The notes under the pieces: model-generated
The model's database searches: none
Told to the model about the DNA's origin: nothing
Seen by the model: the letters and a program-made list of their open reading frames with translations, nothing else
Part shown: one piece after another, positions 26,837 to 36,454 of the stretch
How the letters are laid out: each line of letters opens with the position of its first letter
Position numbering within the stretch: position 1 is the first letter of the stretch
Program-made: the position numbers and the translations under genes
DNA from: an uncultured virus (IMG/VR IMGVR_UViG_3300027736_000024)
Lineage: Duplodnaviria; Heunggongvirae; Uroviricota; Caudoviricetes
Virus record (IMG/VR): IMGVR_UViG_3300027736_000024
Location: 62,001 to 126,000 of that record
DNA: 64,000 bases
Reading direction: 5' to 3' (one strand)

Positions 26837-28624
26837 ATGCTTAAAAAAGTAAGTGATCTTATTGCTGAGTTTTTAAAAGAAAAAGAAATTGATGTTGTAT
26901 TTGGTATTATAGGATCTGCCAATTCACATATATTTGATTCAATTAATAAATTAGGATACACTAAAATTATTAATACTCATCATGAACAAGCAGCAGTGCT
27001 TGCAATGGGAGCTTACTATAGAGCATCTGGAAAATTATCTGCTGCAATAGTAACTGCCGGCGGTGGTGTAACAAATGCTGTTACAGGCGTTGTAAGTAAT
27101 TGGGCTGATTCTATTCCTGGAATTATTATATCTGGACAAGAAAATTATAACTATGTTAGTACACAAGAAAACCTACGAATGTATGGTACTCAAGGATTAA
27201 ATATAACTAAGATGGTTAAAGATGTTACTAAATTGGCTATACCTTTTGATGATAATTCTGATATACAAACTACACTAGAAATACTTGATAAAGTAACAAT
27301 CGAGGGTAGACCCGGTCCAGTATGGTTAGATATTCCAATGAATTTACAGGCAAAAATGGTTCAAGAAAGAAATTGGAAATTTAATGTGCCAAAGAAAAAA
27401 TACTTTAATGCTGAAGATATTATAGATGAAATTAATTTATCAAAAAGACCGGTAGTAATAGGAGGGAATGGAATTAGATTATCAAAATCTAAAAAAATTT
27501 TCCAAAAATTTATAGATATATCGAGAATTCCAACCCTGTTATCATGGTCAGGTATAGATCTGCTAGATGATAATAATGAAAACTTTTTTGGAAGATTTGG
27601 TTTATATGGACAAAGAGCCGCAAACTTTATTGTACAAAATGCAGATCTAGTTATTGTATTAGGAAGTAGATTATCTCTACCACAAGTTGGATATGATTTT
27701 AGTCAGTTTGCAAGAGGCGCGAAGATAATAATAGTCGACATAGATGAACTAGAAGGGGCTAAATATCAAGTATATAAACATATAAAAGAAGATTGCTTTA
27801 ATGTAATATCAGGCATTATAGAAAAATCTTATATGATGTGGGGATATAAACAAGAATGGGTATCATATTGTCAAGTTATAAAAAATAAATATCCTCTGAT
27901 AGAAAACTATCACAAAGATAATGAATATCTGAACTCATATAGATTTATAACTAAGATGTCCGATTATTTAAAAGATGATCATATAATAGTAACTGATATG
28001 GGAACGGCTTTACTCAGTGGACATCAGAATATAAAAATAAAACAAGATCAAGTAATGTTTACATCTCAAGGTCTTGGTGAGATGGGTTATGGTCTTCCTG
28101 GTGCATTAGGAGCTGCTCTTGCATGCCCAAACAAGCCTGTGCTATGTATGAATTGTGATGGTGGTATTATGATGAATTTACAAGAGTTACATACTATAAT
28201 TGAAAATGAATTACATAATATAAAAATCATTATATTCAATAATGATGGTTATTTAATGATCAAGCATACACAAAAAATGCTATTCAAAGGAGACTATGTT
28301 AGTGTAAATAAAAAAACAGGAATTGGATTGCCTAATTTTAGTAAGCTATTACCTGCATTCGGATATGATTATTATGAATTAAAAGATTGGGATAGTTTAG
28401 ATTCTACAATGAATAATTTTTTAAATAATTCTAAAGCTGCTGTATTAGAAGTATTCATGGATCCTGAGCAAGACTTTATTCCTAAAGTAAAAGGAGTTCT
28501 AAAAGAAGATCTAACTATATTAGCTCCACCAATTGAAGAGATGTCTCCACTACTTTCATTAGATGAAGTTAGAAGTAATATGATAATAGACATTAGTGAA
28601 AAAAGTAAAATAATAAAGAGATGA
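26837..28624 (+). CDS. ThDP-dependent carboligase (acetolactate synthase-like, YerE-type)
   Basis: HHEQAA, GRPGPVWLDIP, MGYGLPGA, CDGGIMMNLQEL...NNDGY. Confidence 0.88.
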   Translation: MLKKVSDLIAEFLKEKEIDVVFGIIGSANSHIFDSINKLGYTKIINTHHEQAAVLAMGAYYRASGKLSAAIVTAGGGVTNAVTGVVSNWADSIPGIIISGQENYNYVSTQENLRMYGTQGLNITKMVKDVTKLAIPFDDNSDIQTTLEILDKVTIEGRPGPVWLDIPMNLQAKMVQERNWKFNVPKKKYFNAEDIIDEINLSKRPVVIGGNGIRLSKSKKIFQKFIDISRIPTLLSWSGIDLLDDNNENFFGRFGLYGQRAANFIVQNADLVIVLGSRLSLPQVGYDFSQFARGAKIIIVDIDELEGAKYQVYKHIKEDCFNVISGIIEKSYMMWGYKQEWVSYCQVIKNKYPLIENYHKDNEYLNSYRFITKMSDYLKDDHIIVTDMGTALLSGHQNIKIKQDQVMFTSQGLGEMGYGLPGALGAALACPNKPVLCMNCDGGIMMNLQELHTIIENELHNIKIIIFNNDGYLMIKHTQKMLFKGDYVSVNKKTGIGLPNFSKLLPAFGYDYYELKDWDSLDSTMNNFLNNSKAAVLEVFMDPEQDFIPKVKGVLKEDLTILAPPIEEMSPLLSLDEVRSNMIIDISEKSKIIKR

Positions 28625-29472
28625 TAATTAAAGCTGGAATTATAGGAACAGGAAATATTGGAACAGATTTATTATTAAAAATATTAAAGACAAAGGAAAT
28701 CTATCCAGTAATATTTGCAGGTCGTAGAATGGATTCAGATGGAATTAAAATTGCAGAAAGTAAAAGAGTCCCAGTAACTGATCAAGGTATTAATTATTTT
28801 ATAAAAAATCCTAAGTGCTGTGATGTAGTTTACGATTGTACAAGTGCGGCGGATGCTATTGAGCATGCTAAAATATTTAAAGATCAAGGAATTAAAGTAA
28901 TAGATCTAACACCAGCAAAAGTTGGACCTTTATGTGTTCCTAGTATAAATCCATCTATAATATTAGAAGAGTCTAATGTCAATATGATTACGTGCGGAGG
29001 ACAAGCCTCTATTCCTATGCTTAATTTAATATCTAAATATTGTGATAATTTAGAATATATAGAAGTTGTTTCACAAATTGCCTCTAAGAGTGCAGGCATG
29101 GCAACTAGAATTAATGTAGATTCTTATATTCATACAACAGAAAGAGCAATTAGACAATTTACTGGTTGCGATAATTGTAAAGTTATACTTAATTTAAATC
29201 CTGCAGAGCCATGTGTTGATATGCAGACAACAATGTTTATTAAATTTAAAACAATTGATTTTAATGGTTTAGTTAAAGAGATTTATAAAAAAGTAGAAGA
29301 GTTACAAAAGTATATTCCATATTACGAATTAGTCCTTCCACCAGTTATTAATGATGATGTATTAGTTTTAAGTATTAAAGTGAAAGGATCTGGGGATTAT
29401 CTTCCTGAATATGCAGGTAATTTAGATATAATTAATTGTGCTGCTATAGAAATAACTAAAAATTTATTTTAA
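28621..29472 (+). CDS. mhpF: acetaldehyde dehydrogenase (acylating), DmpF/MhpF family
   Basis: GIIGTGNIGTDL, DLTPA, NVNMITCGGQASIP, SKSAG..TR.N, YAGNLDI. Confidence 0.93.
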   Translation: MIIKAGIIGTGNIGTDLLLKILKTKEIYPVIFAGRRMDSDGIKIAESKRVPVTDQGINYFIKNPKCCDVVYDCTSAADAIEHAKIFKDQGIKVIDLTPAKVGPLCVPSINPSIILEESNVNMITCGGQASIPMLNLISKYCDNLEYIEVVSQIASKSAGMATRINVDSYIHTTERAIRQFTGCDNCKVILNLNPAEPCVDMQTTMFIKFKTIDFNGLVKEIYKKVEELQKYIPYYELVLPPVINDDVLVLSIKVKGSGDYLPEYAGNLDIINCAAIEITKNLF

Positions 29473-30470
29473 TGGGTAAAATAATAATAACAGATTCATC
29501 TTTAAGAGATGGCAATCATGCAGTAAAACATACTATAAGTTTAGATAGTATTAAAAGATATTGCCAATTTGCAGATAGTGCAGAAATTCCAATTGTAGAA
29601 GTTGGGCACGGAAATGGATTAGGAGCTTCATCTTTATTAATTGGTCTATCACCATATACTGATAAACAAATATTAACTACGGCAAGAGAGAACTTAAAAA
29701 CAAGTAAATTAGGAATACATATTATCCCAGGAATTGCTACTATTAAAAAAGATATAGATCAAGCAATTGATTTAGGTGTAGATGTATTTAGAATTGCTAC
29801 CCATTGTACTGAAGCAACACTATCCAAATCTCATATTGAATATTTAAGAAATAAAGATAAAACTGTATTCGGAGTGCTGATGATGAGTGCTTTAGCTGAT
29901 GTAGAGACGTTGGCTAAAAATGCTAAGATCATGGAAGAGTACGGCGCAGATGCCGTTATTATAATGGATTCTACAGGAACATATTTACCTTCTGATGTTA
30001 AGGAAAGAATGGATGAATTAAGTTACACTTTAGATATTGATTTTGGTTTTCATGCACATGATAATTTAGGTTTGGCAACGGCTAATTCATTAGTAGCTGC
30101 TCAATGTGGAGCAAAATATATAGACGCTTGTATTAGAGGATTTGGAGCCGGAGCCGGCAATGCTCATTTAGAAATGTTAATTCCTGTTTTAGAAAAAGCA
30201 GATTTTGATATTGATATAGATTTCAAAAAAGTTATTATAGAAGCAGATAGTGTTATGGATTACTTAGTACCTAGTGCACCAATATCTACACCAGTAAATA
30301 TATTAACAGGACTAAATAGATTATTTTCAGGATTTGAAAAACCTATTATCAAAGCGTCTAAATTATTTGGTATTGAATATTCATCTTTAATATTTGAACT
30401 TGGAAATAGAAAGTTAGTTGCTGGCCAAGAAGATCTTATATTGGAGGTAGCACAAAAATTAAAGAAGTGA
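29472..30470 (+). CDS. mhpE: 4-hydroxy-2-oxovalerate aldolase, DmpG/MhpE family
   Basis: DSSLRDGNHA, EVGHGNGLGASS, ATHCTEA, GFHAHDNLG, GAGAGN, VAGQEDLI. Confidence 0.93.
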   Translation: MGKIIITDSSLRDGNHAVKHTISLDSIKRYCQFADSAEIPIVEVGHGNGLGASSLLIGLSPYTDKQILTTARENLKTSKLGIHIIPGIATIKKDIDQAIDLGVDVFRIATHCTEATLSKSHIEYLRNKDKTVFGVLMMSALADVETLAKNAKIMEEYGADAVIIMDSTGTYLPSDVKERMDELSYTLDIDFGFHAHDNLGLATANSLVAAQCGAKYIDACIRGFGAGAGNAHLEMLIPVLEKADFDIDIDFKKVIIEADSVMDYLVPSAPISTPVNILTGLNRLFSGFEKPIIKASKLFGIEYSSLIFELGNRKLVAGQEDLILEVAQKLKK

Positions 30471-31285
30471 AAATACTAGTTACAGGAGCTAATGGCTTTA
30501 TAGCAAAGAATTTAATCCCTGGTTTAAAAGATCACAATGTGATAGAAATTTCCAGGCAAAATTTAGATTTAAATAATAGAATTGAAGTAGATAGATTTTT
30601 TAAATACACTTCATTTGATATAGTAATGCACTGTGCTATATCTGGAGGTAAAAGAGATATAGTAGATGGTCCTGAAGTTTTATGGGAAAATTTAAGTATG
30701 TTTTATAATTTATTAAATAACAAAAGTAAATTTAAAAAACTGATTAACTTTGCATCAGGAGCAGAACTTGATCGATCACAATCAATTGATCTAGTTTATC
30801 CAGATTTTAGAGATAGATATCCTTTAGATTATTATGGTATGTCCAAGAATATTATTTCTAGAATAGTAGACTCAGAAAAAAATATGCACAACATTAGAAT
30901 ATTTAATGTTTTTGGGGATAATGAAAATGATCATAGACTAATTAAATCTAGTATTAAAAAATATATTAATAAAAAAGATATCATTATACACCAAGATAAA
31001 TTAATGGATTTTTTTTATATAGAAGATCTAATATCTCTAATTAATTATTACATTGATAATAACTCTTTTCCTAAAGATATTAATGCAGTATATAAAACAA
31101 AATATTATTTGTCAGAAATAGCAGGAATAATAAATAATTTATCAGACTATAAAGTAAATATTAAAATAGAACAGCCAGGTTTTTCTAGTTCATATATAGG
31201 AAAGGGAATAATAACAGAAATATTACCTATAAAATTTAAAGGTTTAGAAACAGGAATTACAGAAATATATAATAAATTAAAATGA
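30467..31285 (+). CDS. extended SDR NAD-dependent epimerase/reductase
   Basis: TGANGFIA, SGAE, YGMSK, RIFNVFG, DFFYIED. Confidence 0.85.
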   Translation: MKILVTGANGFIAKNLIPGLKDHNVIEISRQNLDLNNRIEVDRFFKYTSFDIVMHCAISGGKRDIVDGPEVLWENLSMFYNLLNNKSKFKKLINFASGAELDRSQSIDLVYPDFRDRYPLDYYGMSKNIISRIVDSEKNMHNIRIFNVFGDNENDHRLIKSSIKKYINKKDIIIHQDKLMDFFYIEDLISLINYYIDNNSFPKDINAVYKTKYYLSEIAGIINNLSDYKVNIKIEQPGFSSSYIGKGIITEILPIKFKGLETGITEIYNKLK

Positions 31286-32565
31286 AAAAAATAAGTTTTA
31301 TAATCAATGCTTCTAATAATACTTTAGATCATATAAAGTTATTACTTAAATCTTTAAAACAAAATCTACACAATAAAGAGCACGAAATCTTAATATTTGT
31401 AGATTCAGATAATGAAGGATTGACAGACTATTTAAGAAGTCAAAAATTAAATTTTCATGATCTTAAAATAATAACACATAAAATAAAACCTTGTATAGGA
31501 TACTCTAGGAATAGTAACCTATTAGTTGAACTAGCTAAACACGACATAGTAAGTTATCTTCAAAGTGATATGGTTATATCTACTAACTATGATCAAGATC
31601 TATTATCAGAGATAGAAGATAATTGTATCCTCAGCGCCACCAGAGTCGAACCACCATTACATGGTTATTCAGACAAGGTAATTACAATGGATTTCGGAAC
31701 CGATCCAAATTCATTTAATATGGATTCCTGGAATAGTTATGCAAATAAAAATAAAGAGAATAAATCTATAGAATACTTTTTTGCTCCATTTACTTTTTAT
31801 AAAAAAGTTTGGCTAAGCATAGGAGGATATGATACTCTATTTAGAAGATCTAGAGAGGATTCAGACTTACTTCAAAGATTTATACAATCTGGTATTAAAA
31901 TTAAACAAACGTTTAAAGCTAATGTATATCATTTTAGTTGCGTAAGTTCTAGAGGAAAAAATTGGTTTGATCAGAATAATGAAATAGCAAAAAAAAGAAC
32001 CGAGCTACAACAGATTGCAGATGGTATTGAGCTAAGAAGATTTATAAAAAAGTGGGGAGGTTTTAATCACGGAGAAAGCACACTATTAAAATTAGATATG
32101 GATCTAGTTATCAAAGATGATCGTGAATTAAATCCAATGTTTTTAGCGCAAGTAGAAGTTTATTTTTCAAGGGTTTGGCTAAAGACAGAAGAGCATAGAG
32201 AAAAGTGCATCAATCTATTTTCAAGAGAACATGATCCTGCAAATGAATTATTAGGTTTTACAAATCAAGATTGGGAGGAGTCAAAGAAATTTTATAACCA
32301 AACAAATTTTGCTAAAATTTATAATGTAGGTACACCTGAGGATTATAATATTAAAGTTGAAGTTGATTTTACTAATGTAGATCCAAAAACAGATGTGTTT
32401 ATACAAAATGTAACGCGCCTGGGTCAAATTATAGAACCTTATGAACCAGGAATATATGAACTAGGATCAGCTAAAATAGAGGTCAGGACTGTGGTAAACT
32501 TAGCTCAGGATCAAATCGTTATAAATAATCCTCCATTTGATTATTCACTATTATCAATAGAATAA
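31282..32565 (+). CDS. glycosyltransferase family 2
   Basis: QSDM, RVEPP..DFG.DP, GGYD, REDSD, VYHF. Confidence 0.8.
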   Translation: MKKISFIINASNNTLDHIKLLLKSLKQNLHNKEHEILIFVDSDNEGLTDYLRSQKLNFHDLKIITHKIKPCIGYSRNSNLLVELAKHDIVSYLQSDMVISTNYDQDLLSEIEDNCILSATRVEPPLHGYSDKVITMDFGTDPNSFNMDSWNSYANKNKENKSIEYFFAPFTFYKKVWLSIGGYDTLFRRSREDSDLLQRFIQSGIKIKQTFKANVYHFSCVSSRGKNWFDQNNEIAKKRTELQQIADGIELRRFIKKWGGFNHGESTLLKLDMDLVIKDDRELNPMFLAQVEVYFSRVWLKTEEHREKCINLFSREHDPANELLGFTNQDWEESKKFYNQTNFAKIYNVGTPEDYNIKVEVDFTNVDPKTDVFIQNVTRLGQIIEPYEPGIYELGSAKIEVRTVVNLAQDQIVINNPPFDYSLLSIE

Positions 32566-32589
32566 GATATTTATATAAAAGATATAATA

Positions 32590-32901
32590 ATGGAAGCTGT
32601 AAATCCTAGATTCAATATAACTGTAGCCGGTAAGAAATACGGTTTACAATTTGATGTTAACTCCAATCCCACAAAAAAGGGAGTTAAAATGCAGTTCATC
32701 CTTGATCAAGAATTTGAAGATCCTAGAGATAAACAAATGCTTGCCAATGAAATTAGTGTAGCACTACAAAAAAAGTACGGTGCTGCTGGAATTATGATAG
32801 ACTACGATGACCGCAACCCATTTCGAAATGTTATAGGGTTTATTGTGCCTTTAAATTCCGTTGCTATGATGCTTATAAAAGCAATGAAAGGCGGAAGTTA
32901 A
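32590..32901 (+). CDS. hypothetical protein (late-motif preceded)
   Basis: ATATTTAT motif at 32567. Confidence 0.7.
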   Translation: MEAVNPRFNITVAGKKYGLQFDVNSNPTKKGVKMQFILDQEFEDPRDKQMLANEISVALQKKYGAAGIMIDYDDRNPFRNVIGFIVPLNSVAMMLIKAMKGGS

Positions 32902-32920
32902 AAAATTAATTAATATAGTT

Positions 32921-33271
32921 ATGAAGAGACCTGTAAGAGCTCTATTTGAAAATCCACAAGATCTCAGAGCAGAAGATGTGTCAAAATCTGAAATACTAAA
33001 AGATCTTTTAAAGAATCATGTACCATTAGCTATTGAGAATGCGATAGTTAAGAAGAAGATCTATGCTTCTGTATTTGAGATCAATGATTCAAAACAGTTT
33101 GTAGAAATTCATAAAAATAATTGGGTACAAGCTTTAGAAACCTGTTTAGTCTGGTATGTAGAAGACGAAGATTACGAAATGTGTAACCACATAAAAAATC
33201 TTATCTTTACTATACAAGATAAAAAAAAATTAAGTAAGATTTCTATACAACAAAATAAAAGTAATGGATAG
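32921..33271 (+). CDS. hypothetical protein with UVR-like EDYExC motif
   Basis: EDEDYEMC. Confidence 0.6.
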   Translation: MKRPVRALFENPQDLRAEDVSKSEILKDLLKNHVPLAIENAIVKKKIYASVFEINDSKQFVEIHKNNWVQALETCLVWYVEDEDYEMCNHIKNLIFTIQDKKKLSKISIQQNKSNG

Positions 33272-33671
33272 TGAATATAAGCAAATACAATTAGGTATAG
33301 ATTCTATTTTAAATACCAAGACATTTATAAGAAGAAAGAAGAAAACTCAGTCTGATAAAAAGAGAGAGTTATTTCACCAAGTTATTAATGGAATAGATGA
33401 ACTAAATAATAGGCAGACTATAATGTATGCTGATCTAGATTTAGATTTTTCTAATTATGATGAAAAGTATTTTGCAATAATAGATTCTCTATTGTATATA
33501 AATTTTGGAAAAGAGTGTATGGATTTAATAGGTTTTTATCTTTATGATAGAGTCAATATAGATGGAACGATTAATCCTCTAATTGTAAATGATTCAGAAG
33601 AATTGATATTAAATAATCCATATGAGTTATGGAATATACTATGTCAAATAAATCCCAAACTAAGTGAGTAA
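33264..33671 (+). CDS. hypothetical protein
   Basis: 135-aa ORF in operon. Confidence 0.65.
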   Translation: MDSEYKQIQLGIDSILNTKTFIRRKKKTQSDKKRELFHQVINGIDELNNRQTIMYADLDLDFSNYDEKYFAIIDSLLYINFGKECMDLIGFYLYDRVNIDGTINPLIVNDSEELILNNPYELWNILCQINPKLSE

Positions 33672-34413
33672 GACTTATAATTTTACTAAAGAGAATATGC
33701 AGAAAGGAGTCCGACCAGAAGAATGGTGGCATAAAGGACTTCAATTATCAGAACAACAAGTAAGGGAAGCTATGGCTAATAGTCGTAGTAATAAAGAAGC
33801 TGCTAGATGGTTAGGTATAACTGATATAACATATAAAAAATATGCAAATAGTTATATTGATGAAACTACAGGAAAAACCCTATTCCAATTACACATGAAT
33901 CAGTCAGGTAAAGGTATGCCAAAAAATTGGGTAGGAGGTAAATGGAAAAAAAGTTTAGATGAGATGTTAGTAGAGAATCAACCTATTAATTCTAAAAGAA
34001 TAGGAAGATTAAAAGAGCTACTAATGATAGATGGCAGACTTGGATATCAATGCTCAGCATGTAAATATGCAGAGAAGAGATTAACTGATATGAAAGTTCC
34101 TCTATTACTTAATTTTAAAAATAATATAAAGAGTGATTGGAGAATAGAAAATCTTCAATGGCTTTGTTATAACTGTCATTTTCTTTTTGTAGGAGATATC
34201 TTTAGTAATAAGATGCTACAAAAAGTTGAAGCACTTCCATTACACACAGAAGGAATGAAAGAAGAAGTTCAAGAAGTTTATCAACTTGATGACTTTTACT
34301 ATGAACATTTAAAGAAATTAGGCCTAGATAATCAAGGCGATATTTTATTTAAAGATCCTGATATTGTTGACTTTGAAGATGACAGAGACGAGTTTATTGA
34401 TATCCGCACATAA
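33664..34413 (+). CDS. HTH plus degenerate HNH-like zinc-binding protein
   Basis: SNKEAARWLGI..TYKKYA; CSAC; ENLQWLCYNCH. Confidence 0.65.
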   Translation: MSKTYNFTKENMQKGVRPEEWWHKGLQLSEQQVREAMANSRSNKEAARWLGITDITYKKYANSYIDETTGKTLFQLHMNQSGKGMPKNWVGGKWKKSLDEMLVENQPINSKRIGRLKELLMIDGRLGYQCSACKYAEKRLTDMKVPLLLNFKNNIKSDWRIENLQWLCYNCHFLFVGDIFSNKMLQKVEALPLHTEGMKEEVQEVYQLDDFYYEHLKKLGLDNQGDILFKDPDIVDFEDDRDEFIDIRT

Positions 34414-34561
34414 CTTATTGATAATCAATCACTTGCAACTGATTGATTTCCAACCACTTATAACTAATTGATTTTCAATCGACAATTTTTGTAAAAGGCT
34501 AAAATAAATTTTTTTGTTTCAGCAGAATGGTATAATTTTACCATATAACAAATCAATCAAG
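34410..34561 (+). promoter_or_regulatory. repeat-promoter cassette copy 1
   Basis: 25-bp units at 34410, 34435, 34460; TAAATTTTTT; TGGTATAATTTTACCAT; ACAAATCAATCAAG-ATG. Confidence 0.75.
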
Positions 34562-35422
34562 ATGAAAACATTAGTAACAAAACAAAAGTATCTTAATCCA
34601 GAAACAGGCAAATTAGTAGGTTATGTTAGAGCTAAGACTTTAGGTCTTATTCCTGGATCTATTCCAAAAGAAACAGTAATAGAGTCTAATGAAGACTTTC
34701 AAGTTGAGACTGTTCGTATAACAGATCTTGAATTCAATGACAAATTATTTGTTCCTGTTTCCACTGGAAATAATAACCTAAATAAATTTATCTCTTCAGA
34801 CGGAGGTTTCATGCCTGCTACAAATATTATCTTAATCGGTACTCCAGGTATCGGTAAGTCTACTGTAGGCATGGATATGATCGTTCGTGCTAAACGTCAA
34901 GGTAAAAAAGTTTTGTTTATCTCTGGCGAGATGAATAGAATAGACATGTTTAGATATTGCAGACGCTTTCCTTCTTTTGGTGAACTAGATATTCTTTTTG
35001 TATCTGACTACATTAAGTCAAATCCTGTAAAAGCAATAGAGAAAGTTCTTCAGAATGGTTATGATCTAGTCCTAGTAGATTCTTGGGCTGAAGTATGCAG
35101 AACTGTAAAAGACTTTTCTGGAATGAGTACTACTAAAGCCGAGAGTTGGATTTTAGATCTTATGGAAAATCATAATGAAGCTAGAAACAATGCAAATCTT
35201 CACACATGTTTCTTAATCATTCAACAAGTTACCAAGTCAGGAGAATTTGTTGGATCTAACAGACTTAAGCACATGACATCCGCTATGCTTGAAATGTATC
35301 GTGATCGTGCCGAGGATAAAAATGTTATGGAGTTTAGTAAGAATCGTGTAGGTAGTGCTGGTGACGGTATCTCCTTCAAAATATCTAAAGACAAAGTAAC
35401 CTATTCAAAAATTGTAAGATAA
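34562..35422 (+). CDS. RadA/Sms-like RecA-family ATPase
   Basis: GTPGIGKST, ISGEM, VLVDS, QVTKSG..G...LKH, KNRVG; ATG at 34562. Confidence 0.8.
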   Translation: MKTLVTKQKYLNPETGKLVGYVRAKTLGLIPGSIPKETVIESNEDFQVETVRITDLEFNDKLFVPVSTGNNNLNKFISSDGGFMPATNIILIGTPGIGKSTVGMDMIVRAKRQGKKVLFISGEMNRIDMFRYCRRFPSFGELDILFVSDYIKSNPVKAIEKVLQNGYDLVLVDSWAEVCRTVKDFSGMSTTKAESWILDLMENHNEARNNANLHTCFLIIQQVTKSGEFVGSNRLKHMTSAMLEMYRDRAEDKNVMEFSKNRVGSAGDGISFKISKDKVTYSKIVR

Positions 35423-35433
35423 AAATAAAAGTT

Positions 35434-35928
35434 ATGAATAACATAATCAAAGAAAAAAAATCAATTACTGATCAAGTAATCAATCAGGGTTCTGCGATCA
35501 AATTAAATGGAGATCATAATAACTGTACAGTGTTATCTCTTGCAGCGGCAACTAACATGTCTTATGATCGAGCTTACATTGTAGCCGAAAAAATATGGTC
35601 TAGAAAAATAAAAAAAGGAGTTAAGACTAAAGAGATATCAAATTTTTTTAATACAAATAGCGTTCTAGTAAATGATATTGATCAAAAATTTATTGGTAAA
35701 AAAGTCGAAGTTAAAAGTGCCTATCTTTATAAGAAAACCGGTAAAGTAAATTTTTGCCAAATGAGTTTAAGTACATTTGCTAAACAATACTCTAAAGGAG
35801 TTTATTATATTCTTGTTAGATCTCATGCATTAGTAATAAAAGACGGTGATATTGTAGATCATAAATCTCTTATATTAAAAAATAAGCGTAGAGTTTTAAA
35901 TGCTTGGAAAATTGAAGAAATAAAATAA
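35434..35928 (+). CDS. hypothetical protein (Cys/His, possibly papain-like fold)
   Basis: NNCTVLSLAAA ... HALVIKDG. Confidence 0.5.
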   Translation: MNNIIKEKKSITDQVINQGSAIKLNGDHNNCTVLSLAAATNMSYDRAYIVAEKIWSRKIKKGVKTKEISNFFNTNSVLVNDIDQKFIGKKVEVKSAYLYKKTGKVNFCQMSLSTFAKQYSKGVYYILVRSHALVIKDGDIVDHKSLILKNKRRVLNAWKIEEIK

Positions 35929-35934
35929 AAAGTT

Positions 35935-36201
35935 ATGACAAAAAAAGAAATGCACAAAGAAATTAATCAAAGGTTTTATGACTATCTTAATGAGAATTTT
36001 ACTGAATACGCAATTGATAGTAGCGAAGGATACGGTAGGATCTATTTAATTCCTAAATCTGGAAACATAAATAATGCGATCGAGTATCATCAATCAAGAC
36101 ACGATCTATGCTGCGTCAATTGGTCAGAAGAGAAAACAAAAAAAGATGTAGAGACTATGGAATTATTTCTTAATGATATTTTAAAACAATATAGTATATG
36201 A
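35935..36201 (+). CDS. hypothetical protein
   Basis: TAAAAGTTATG start. Confidence 0.65.
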   Translation: MTKKEMHKEINQRFYDYLNENFTEYAIDSSEGYGRIYLIPKSGNINNAIEYHQSRHDLCCVNWSEEKTKKDVETMELFLNDILKQYSI

Positions 36202-36449
36202 CACAAATCAAATGGTTCGAGCCACAAGCTTACATGAGTATTAGTAATTCACACGGTATGGAAATTATGATCGATGATTCTGCAGAAGAGGTATCTTATA
36301 GATATAGTAATGAAGAACCTAACGCAGAAGTATATACTTCAGAAATACAGTATGATCAAGAAGGAGACGCTTACTTTATGGAATATATGGGCGATCGACA
36401 TAGCCGAGTAGCTAGATACTTAAGTGATTTTTTAAAAATACAAAAATAA
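36198..36449 (+). CDS. hypothetical protein
   Basis: ATGA overlap. Confidence 0.6.
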   Translation: MTQIKWFEPQAYMSISNSHGMEIMIDDSAEEVSYRYSNEEPNAEVYTSEIQYDQEGDAYFMEYMGDRHSRVARYLSDFLKIQK

Positions 36450-36454
36450 AAGTT

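Noticed and set aside
26837..28624. Branched-chain amino acid synthesis (ilvB)
   Set aside because: No small subunit, ilvC or ilvD in the window; context matches YerE-type carboligases
28621..30470. Aromatic degradation auxiliary metabolism
   Set aside because: No dioxygenase, hydrolase or hydratase in the window; genes are coupled to sugar enzymes
34514..34561. TTG start for the RadA-like gene
   Set aside because: Lies inside the promoter cassette; ATG at 34562 matches the spacing of the other copies
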